Positions 54,701 to 64,000 of a DNA stretch of 64,000 nucleotides are shown piece after piece. Origin of the DNA: Trichoplax adhaerens (taxonomy: Eukaryota > Animalia > Placozoa). The stretch spans positions 84,482 to 148,481 of the forward strand of contig NW_002060952.1 of the NCBI RefSeq assembly GCF_000150275.1, written 5' to 3'. A program made the translations under genes and the position numbers. Numbering within the stretch: the stretch's first letter is position 1; every line of letters begins with the position of its first letter. The notes beneath the pieces were generated by a model. The model saw only the letters and a list, made by a program, of their open reading frames with translations. It did no database searches and was not told the origin of the DNA.

Positions 54701-56401
54701 TGTAATATAGATAAAACCTATTACAAGCAGCAGGCAATAGTCAATAAAGGGGAATTGAAATATTAACAAATCTTTACCTCATAAGAAAATACATTTCCAG
54801 ACGTTTTGATAGCTATAATATGGGAATTTTTGGTAAAAACTTTGAATGTTACTGGGCAGTGATAACTTCCTTCTGAGTTTTTATGGAATACAAGCTTTGT
54901 TAAAGATTTCGGATCTAAAACCTATATATATATGCAATTGATAAGTACATTAGTAAGACGTAGTAATCCATGACCATTTAACTTTGTAAAGGTGTATTAA
55001 TAGAAGATGATTATGGTGCTTATCGGTATCGGTAGTACAGTATATCTAAAGATGGTAGTTTAGTGTTACCTGTCCAGTAATGGGATTGTGGCCGTATTTT
55101 TTTAGATAGGGGACAATGTTCCTAGTATCATATGGACCATTAAAGAAAGCAAGATTATTAGTAATGCAATAGGTAAAAACTCACTATGCACACAGTATAA
55201 TATGAATTTAATATAGTACTGCATCATATAGTCAATGGTTGAATATGATACTAATACAACAATAAAACTTACAGCAAATCAAAAATAATTCCTTCGGATG
55301 TACATACTGGGTACTCAAATGGCTGCAATGATAAGCTAAGTAAAAAATTTTAGAAAAGGCAAAATAAGAAAATTGATGGCATTAAATGGTACAGCACGAG
55401 AAGAGAAATTGGAGAAGTTTCAACTTTAGCTTGATGAACACATAATTGGTTCTTGAAATTGAAAGAGTATATATAAATTTTAGCGTAAAAAAACTACTCT
55501 GGCGCGTGTTTATTGATATTGATACACGAGTTTACTGATGTACTTAGCCAATTATAATATAAACGTGTACATTGGAAGTTATTTTATGCTCAAACCTGCA
55601 ACAATCGAAGGGTAACCGTCTAAATTCTGCATTTTCTCCGGTTACACGCTCTAGGTAATCAAGCAATCAAGACAGTGATGATGCTGCTAGAATAGCGCGA
55701 TGTACATATAGTTCATCAGTACTGTATAATACAGTAGCGCACAAAATCGATCAATTCTGCAAATATGACTGATCAAAGTAGTTGGGCAAATTGTCCTGTG
55801 CTGTTCATGGTAAGTGCAGTAGTCAATAACAAATATATTGCTCGTATGACATCATCTACGATCATCTACAGCTACTGTAGGTAGGCCTCTAAAAACTAGT
55901 TTGACAATTGAGTACATTACTATGTAGATTTTGTACATTCCTAACATTGGGTTGTAACGATTTCAGCTAATTACAGTAGCTGTGTATAGGGTTAAGAAGC
56001 CATGCACTACATGGGTAAGCATATCCATGAATATACTACAAGTTTCCTTGCAAAGATAATGAAATGTTGCAACGGTTACCACTTTTTTCGTATGTAAACA
56101 ACATCATCCTTTCTTACCTTTGCGCTTGCCTCCGTAAAAGGTCGTCCACTCATTGCTAGTGATATACCTAGGTGTACAAAATAATAATATGCCTCGTTTA
56201 CTTCAAATAGTCAGTGTTTTGCAGCCTAGTGAGCGTGATTATATCCTATCGTATTGCAATTGCTGTCTTTGTAACCAAGTTGAACGACTCTGCTTCCATT
56301 ATGATAATTTAGGCAAGACGAATCAAATGATGCTATCAACATGATGACATTATTATTATTTCAGCTTACATTTTATCTTTCTGATGTTGTTTCTTGCCCA
56401 T
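51717..56401 (-). CDS. PPIL2: U-box/cyclophilin protein PPIL2 (Cyp60), about 23 short exons
   Basis: Starts [18 protein letters not shown]. Contains [45 protein letters not shown], the cyclophilin motifs [25 protein letters not shown] and [10 protein letters not shown], and ends FNDFSHW*. Confidence 0.95.
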
Positions 56402-56629
56402 GATGGAGTCAGGATTCTTTTGGTATTAGGATTGATGGAATATTAGTATGGAAAGGATAGACAAGTGCAATATTGTCGATTTAATGCTATAATCGAACAC
56501 AATCTGAATTGAAATTGGATTGGCCGAACAGTCTCTTCCTCAACGGGGAATGAACGGATTGTTGGGGTATGCTTGGAGACCAGTAGCGTGCTAGTACCGT
56601 ATCGTTCCACACCGCACCGTTCCACACCG

Positions 56630-57290
56630 TACCGTACTGTGTCTGTATGCCATAGAGTACAGTGTACAGTACGTATCGAGAAGTACGTACTGTACACTGT
56701 AGGTACGATGACTACAAACCGTACTCTGGTTTTGGACTACAGTACTCCGGTCAATGTGGTAAGTCTGGTAAGATCTAATAGGGATTTTATAACTGCCCTT
56801 TGGCATGATCTACTCGTCGTGTTTCTTCTCGTTGTCCATGACTGTGCGTAGCAGCTACTGTACACTCAGTGTACCACCTACAGGTACGATGTGCTACAGG
56901 AAATCGCTAAAGGGGCAAATTTGATGACTATGATTGAATTGTAGATTAGAATAATTGAATAGAATTTCCAGTTCACTTAACGTAGCATGCGCAGTACGCT
57001 GTGCAGTACGCTGTGCAGTGTAGGTGTACTGTACTGTTATAAGTAAGTGATCGTGTACGAGCAATCGTCCATCTTTCCGCGCTTTACTCTTGGCCGGATG
57101 GACTTACAGACAGCACCAATTCAGTGGTAGACGGTTGACCTTCCCTCTGTTTATTTATTTATACAGAGGAGCGTGACTTGCGTCGGTACAGTGTACAGTA
57201 CTTCAACACAGTACATTGTACAGTAGCACCGTAGCACCGTGTACTGTACACTACTTCACTGTACAGTACAGTACTGTACTGTACTGTATC
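56630..57290. repeat. CAGTA/TACTG pentamer-rich, self-complementary low-complexity tract (representative of many in the window)
   Basis: For example ACTGTACAGTACAGTACTGTACTGTACTGTA at ~57258-57288. Similar tracts at ~8570-8730, 10110-10190, 14390-14920, 15410-16090, 43190-43800, 44140-44610, 45115-45560 and 48440-48500. Confidence 0.85.
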
Positions 57291-57327
57291 ATTGAAAGTG
57301 TCACCCCAGTCCGGTTGACACTGTGGC

Positions 57328-57690
57328 TGTTGTTTGTCACTACAGCACGTCACCCTACTGGCATCAACCACCAACGAGCACCAGCCAATCAATCCTTCGG
57401 ACCTTCCGACTTCAAATCTGTTGTTCGTCACTACAGTACCGTCACCCTACTGGCATCAACCACCAACGAGCGCCAGCCAATCAATCGTTCGGACCTTCCG
57501 ACTTCAAATCTGTTGTTCGTCACTACAGCACGTCACCGTACTGGCATCAACCACCAACGAGTACCAGCCAATCAGTCCTTCGGACTTTCCGACTTCAAAT
57601 CTGTTGTTCGTCACTACAGCACGTCACCGTACTGGTATCAACCACCAACGAGCACCAGCCAATCTGTCCTTCGGACCTTCCGACTTCAAA
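57328..57690. repeat. Four tandem ~91-92 bp units between the divergent PPIL2 and TTC28 starts, each with a CCAAT box and CRE/ATF-like sites
   Basis: GTTGTTCGTCACTACAGCACGTCACCSTACTGGCATCAACCACCAACGAGCACCAGCCAATCARTCCTTCGGACCTTCCGACTTCAAATCT at ~57328, 57420, 57511 and 57603. Confidence 0.95.
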
Positions 57691-60651
57691 TCACAAGTTT
57701 GATGAAACGCTTTCTAGGGAGGGCAGAATAAACTACTGCTCCATTTCTTCGCTCTAATTTTTCTTCCACATCATTCAACGTTGACCTATCGATTAAATCT
57801 ACTGTTTCAAAGTCATTATTAAGCCTTCAAGTCTGTGGATAGAAAGAAAAGATTGATTCAAGAGTTTATCTAATTTTTTTTTTTTCCCCCTTTCCCCGAC
57901 CACCACAGGCAAATTGTTGCATTGCGATTTGCCGTTAATCACTGTATTGTACTTGGAGTCAAATCACAACGTTCACTGTCAGCTAGTCCGTCGATTCTTC
58001 AAAATGTCTTGGTCAAGGATTGAATTCTGCCGTAGCTTGATGTAACGACTCCTTGAATTGCCAGTGAGGAATGCTTCAACGCTCCATGGTTAGAATTGTT
58101 GATTAGATCAATAATCTACACGTGTTAGTCGATCGATTCTATAGCCATTGGCAGTTATTGCATAATTTGAAGATGTCCTTCTGCAAATGCCTTGTTTTAA
58201 TGATTGTTGACGTTTTACCAACAGAGACGAACAATAGCAAGCAGCGTTAACGTACAATGATGGCACAAGAGTCTTACAATGAGGTAAAAGTAATATTATC
58301 ATCGGATTTGAAAGTTATTTTCTACCCTATCATCATGCTATCCACATCAATATCTACTTCTTCGACGACAATGTTGTTGTCATGTTGAGGTTAACTTTGG
58401 GGGGGGATTCCAAACCGATGGGTACGAAACTGTTAGCGTCGGTTAGCCTTGCTTTTCCCCCTCTTGATATTGTCGTACCGATGATGGCGATAGAATAGTA
58501 TTGATTTACCGAATAACATGGTAAGGATCAACGAGTAATCATCAAGTAGTAAAACAAGCCAATTAGATACGACACATAAACGAGCGTTAAAAAGACTGTT
58601 GGAGATCCAATCCAACCTTATCATTGTCGCTGCATGCAGCGAGATACCATGAATCATCACTTAGTGCATTCCTTGTCCATCCTACTACAATACCGGATTG
58701 GACATTGGCCTAAAAAACCAAATAACCATTCAACATGACGATATTGCTGTCTATTTGACGTGTTTCTACATCGTCCTTGTCCATTGCAACCATTCGTCAA
58801 TAAACTACAATGAATCTACTGGTGTCATCGACACTTTTCGATCATCATCGTCATACATTACTATGATGATATTGGAGGGTTTACTTTGTAGCCAAAGCAT
58901 TCTTTTTTGATGATACCGTCAACTTTTCATCCATCATCCACTCGCTGTATATAGACGTGTTGTATATCATAAAAACTCGTCTACTCCGACTATATAAACT
59001 ACAGTCCAAGAATTTTCCCTATAATAATAACGATTATCAGTGCAATTCAGCGATTGATTTTTTTTTTTTTTCCAATATTCTATCGATCACAATACTACGG
59101 AAGTTGAATTTTATCCATGACATAGAAGGCATATTTCATCAAAGTCATTTTATTCTCGGTTGATTGTAAATAATTCTTCTCATGATAGTCAACTCTACAA
59201 CTGCTTTCTTTGTTAGGCTAATACTTGTACTATAGGCTGATCAAATTAGACTGTCTTAAAAATGACTTTTCCCATCAAAACCAACTCAATACCCTATCCT
59301 ATCGTTATCAACGCGCACGGTGTTTGCGATATCGTTTATCAGCTTATTTAAAAGATAATAACATGATTAAATATTACTGCATGAACACGTTTTTAATCCA
59401 ATGCAACGAAATAACGATTAGCCCATGACGTAGTAATAAAGTGTTAACGTTTTAACTTTGTAACCCTACTGTCTAAAAACTGCCACCTCCACTATTACCA
59501 ACCAAGTTGGTCATTCACCATCTTCAATATTCACACCTTCCGTCCTTATCCCAGACGGACTGGACTAAATTACGACCCACCGACGAGACGACATAAGTTC
59601 TGACTTTTTGTCCATGTCTGTTCTAAATTTCAAAGTTTGGGTGATAACGCAAAACGGTAACATTAAAAGTTACTTTCCCTCTTTACAATTAATGGAAGTT
59701 GAACGATCGGCCTCTCTATCGCAAAGTCTGTCCTTTATTTTTTGACGCTTATAGCAGTGTTTGGATAGTTCTGCCCATACAGACGCCGACCGAGCAATCT
59801 TACATTCCATATTGGAAATGAGTCACCCACCGTCTGACCTTGGCGAATTAATTATGATAGCGGTTAAATACGATACATAGTAATGGTTGAATAATTGAAT
59901 TCTTATTTTATTAAAATAAGAAATGGATTTTTACTGAAGCAATAGGGGTTAATATGAGCTTGTGAAAAGCGATTGTAGTCTTTATTAGTTTACAGCCCTT
60001 ATTCCTATGCCAGATGATGATTGAAGATAATTACAAGTAAACCTCTGATTTATTTTAGGGGTTGTAGAATTTTATAGTTGTTGACTTGCGGTGACTGACT
60101 GCTTATTATCCATAAAATAACTTTTTCTTTGCAATCAATACCAATATAGTACCATTGTTAACAATTTTACTTCTCTTGAGTCAAAAAGTGAAGTTTAAGG
60201 GTTCCTCATAGTATACGATTTACGTATACCTCTTTCCCCCTGCTGCTCCTTACCTCGCCGATTTTGATAGGGTGTATAGCTATTAAGCACTTCAAAACTT
60301 AATATCAAAAGGGATTCAATTAAGTAGTTGACTTTATTGTATATATACAGTATATATACCGGCACATAATTTAAAGCGAACTAAATTACCACTTAGCACT
60401 CTGACCATTACTAATATGAAGTAATCGCTTAAAATGCGTTCAATCCAACGCTATAATCTACTGGCGTCATAGATGTACTAATTTAGACGCGGGTCATTTT
60501 AATAGCTAAACTACAGCAGCATACTGATAGACGCTTAGATAGAGTCTAAATAGAATATAGAGTTTACGATACAAATTAAAGCCGTAGTAATTACGCAAGA
60601 TATTTAATGAACAACATGAAGTAACCCATTTTATGTATTAATTGTTCTTAG

Positions 60652-63600
60652 GTTGACGAATTAAAGCAACGTTTTTTAGGTTTTGTCAACCAAGCCAGCC
60701 AAGCCTGTAAACAAGATAATTACCAATTGGCTAGCAAATTGTATACGCAAGCGATTGAACTAGATAAAAATAATCATGTTTTATTCAGCAATCGGTCTGC
60801 AGCGTATGTACGATGTGGAGAATATTATCTTGCTCTCCAAGATTCTAATCAGACCATTAAGTTAAATCCAACATGGCCAAAGGTAGATACAGTATATTGT
60901 ACACTCATTCTTATCGTTATGCTTATACAGTATGCCTAGCTATCGGATAGTTAATTAAACGTAAAGACTGTACTACCATTAATCTCACCTTTAGCCTCAT
61001 GGGTGAATTAGAATATTCACGTATGCATGCTACCATTCGTACAGTAAGTCAGAAAGAGCTTCTTGACTAGTCATTATGCCGTAATTATTACTAAACAGTA
61101 TACATTGGTCTAACTAATAATTTCTGTGATTTGTGTGAAAGCTAAACAGTTGTTTTGAATGTCATAAAAAGTAAGCCTGCCTGGTATTTAATAAACCACA
61201 GGTGACAGATTTATAATACGTTCACTTATATCAATGCTTTTAGTTAAAGCGCTTACGCATTTAATATCGCTCTTGGCTATCCCTGTGGCTATATGTTTGT
61301 TATGTCCTTATTGCACATAGGAGACTACATGTAATGTGTTGGCAGTTGAATAGCTGAAAAATGACTCTTTTTGTTCTATAGCATTATAGCTCGTTATCAG
61401 CAATCTATCATAGAAATACTTGCGTAGTTAATGGTTATTACACCATCATCGTTGCGTATGCTACACTAATAAATATATATGTATAACTGCATATAGGGTT
61501 TCTTTCGTAAAGCCATTGCGCAACAAATGCTTGGCCATTTTTCAGACGCTTTAGAAACATTCGCAAGCGGGTTAGTATTGGAACCTCGTAATGATCAATT
61601 ATTAAATGGATTAAAAATGGTATCTCTCCAGTGGTCATGGAAGGGTAAGTGAAATTGATGTCTATTCCATAAATTTTCGTCAATAGAATTGAAGTATGAT
61701 TATAGCAATGGTAGTTGCAATCACTCGCTGAGTAAAAAAATGAACCTACTTTTTTTAAACATCTCGCTATCATGATCAACTTTATACATTTATACATTTT
61801 ACTTTAATGTATTGTAACTGTATATTTAATCTATTCTAACGTTTACTTCTACATTTTATAATAAAAAAAATTAGAGAAATTACGTCCAATATGGAAACAA
61901 CTTGAGAAAACTAAATTAGACAAAAACGCTTTCGTTGTCATTTCTGTTCTCGGTCAAGAACTATTGACAGCTGGACTAACGAAAAGTGCTATAGCTGTTT
62001 TAGAATCAGCATTAAAAATTGATTCTCAAAGTCTTAGGTTACGTGGCTCTGTATATTCAGCTCTTAGTACCGCATATTGGCGCTTAGGTGATACCGATCG
62101 AGCTATTCACTTTATGAATGAAGATCTTCAAGTTGCTAAACAACTAGAAGATGTTGACGGTGAATGCCGGGCTGTCGGAAATCTAGGAAATGCTTTGTTT
62201 GCTAAGCACCGTAGTCAAGACGCGTTAACACACCTTCGTGAACAACTAAAATTATCTATGAGGAGAAAAGATCGCTCTAGTGCTGCAGTCGCATTAAGTA
62301 GTCTTGGGCATGTATACTCTGCTCTTGGTGACATTAAGAATGCAATGGCAAGTCATAAGCAATGCCTTACCATTGTTTGCCAATTAAATGATAGAAAAAA
62401 AGAAGGTCAGGAATTAGGGAGCCTTGGTTCTATTTACCTTTGTATGGGAAATTGGCAAAGTGCAATGGAATGTCATCAAAAGCACCTTGACATTGCTCTA
62501 GAGTTAGAAGACAAACAGGAAGAAGCTAAAGTTTATAGCAACCTCGGTAGTTTGCATCAAGCCAAGCGAGATTATGCTAAAGCGGCTGAATATCATCAGG
62601 AGGTATTAAAAATAGGTAAAGACTTACATGACTTATTAATACAAGCGAGAGGATTAGCGTGCCTCGGTCATATCAATAGAGTAACTAATAATCTAAAGCA
62701 AGCTCGATTATATCACGAGCAACAGTTACAACTAACTACCGAAGCCAATGACTCAATCGGTAAAAGTAGAGCTTGTTCAAATTTAGGGATAGTATTGTAT
62801 CTGCTTGGTGAATATCAAGAAGCTCTTAAATTACACAATACTCACTTAGAAAAAGCCAATCAAACTGAGGATTTAGCTGAACAATGCCTTGCCTATGGTA
62901 ATATTGGCAACGTTTATTACTCATTAGGAAGTTACGATGAGGCAGTTCGTTATCATAAGCAAGCACTCTTAGCTTCAAAAAATACAAGTGATTACGTTGC
63001 AGAATGTAGTACTCATGGTAATTTAGCAATTGTTTATCAAGCCATGCATCAATTAGAAAAAGCAGAAAGCCATTATAGATTGCATCTTAGTATGGCCCAA
63101 GAATTTAATGATGAAAATAATGAACTCCGAGCTTTGAATAACCTAGGGAATTTTTATTGCTTCTTACACGATTATAGCCAAGCGATACCATACTATGAGA
63201 ATTATTTGACATTATGTATTGACGTAGGCGATACTGATGGTGAAGAAAGAGCTTATCATTGTTTGGGATATGTATACTATTGCCTAAATAATTATCAAGA
63301 AGCTATTAAATACTTTCGTAAAGATCTAGAATTTACAAAGTCTACTAATAACAAAAATTTCATCGGTCGTGCTTATTGCAACTTAGGTTGTGCTTATAAA
63401 ATGACTGGAAATTTTCAAGCAGCTTTATCGTGTATGAACGAATATGTTTCTATCGCTTCTGAAGTGAAATCTGCTAGTTTACTTTTCAGCGCTTATGGCC
63501 ATGTTGGAGATGTGTATCTTGCCCTAGGTAGTCAAAATCAGGCAATCCAGTTTTTCGATAAGCAGTTAAAGTTTGCAAAAGTGTTGAAAGACAAATCCAT

Positions 63601-64000
63601 GGAAGCTAACGCATATCAATCTCTTGGAAGTGCTTATCGAATTTTCAATTGCTATAATGAAGCGCTTGAAAATTATACTCACGAACGCAGAATTTTCGAG
63701 GAGTTAAATGATACTAGAGGAATCATTTGTGCATATGGTCATATAGGCTTAACCTATACAGCTCTAGGTCAATTCGAAAAAGCAATAGACTGCCATAAAC
63801 AACAGTTGGTACATGCTGAAGATACTGTAAAAGATGGAAAACTCGCTGGTCTAGCTCATGGTAGAATTGGTGTAAATTATCGACTTTTAGGATGCCTAGA
63901 TGACGCTTTGGACCATCATCTCAAACAGTTATCATTAATTGATGCCTTACGTGGCAATATAACACATAAATGCCGATCATATTGCGATTTAGGAGATACT
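60652..64000 (+). CDS. TTC28: Tetratricopeptide repeat protein 28, partial; start exon unresolved and the gene runs off the window
   Basis: Exons 60652-60882 (LFSNRSAAY...LNPTWPK), 61497-61644 (GFFRKAIAQQMLG) and 61875 to >64000 (KLDKNAFVVISVLGQELLTAG...LRGSVYSALSTAYW...ECRAVGNLG, then many TPRs). The last exon is absent from the ORF track because it has no stop in the window. Confidence 0.93.

Noticed and set aside
57216-57757. Three overlapping ORFs of 122-171 aa
   Set aside because: All three frames cycle through the same peptides because the unit length is not a multiple of 3. There are no splice signals or recognisable homology.
59690-59865. Candidate first coding exon(s) of TTC28
   Set aside because: Could not find an ATG, frame and donor combination that joins the phase-0 exon at 60652 without a stop; left unresolved.

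Overview
AT-rich, compact, intron-dense animal genomic DNA with no prokaryotic features. The gene set, short introns and base composition suggest an early-branching metazoan such as a placozoan (Trichoplax-like); this is an inference. Ten spliced genes could be reconstructed by hand. In order: the 3' end of an ABCB9/TAP-like ABC half-transporter (+), MND1 (-), RAB35 (-), ABHD11 (-), KIAA0753/moonraker (+), an orphan type-I membrane protein (-), ERK/MAPK1 (-), YPEL (+), PPIL2 (-), and the 5' part of TTC28 (+, runs off the window). Five observations stand out. (1) ERK-YPEL-PPIL2 form the same three-gene block as human 22q11.2 (MAPK1-YPEL1-PPIL2). (2) ERK carries two U12-type-looking introns with relaxed donor sites. 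(3) RAB35 ends in a CaaX motif (CSLL) instead of CC. (4) Unrelated 90-200 bp tandem arrays recur next to palindromic CAGTA/TACTG tracts, mostly upstream of gene starts, and some multiply NF-Y/CRE-like sites. (5) The ABC nucleotide-binding domain has a Cys-rich 9-nt repeat insertion. All coordinates were read by eye and may be off by a few bases.
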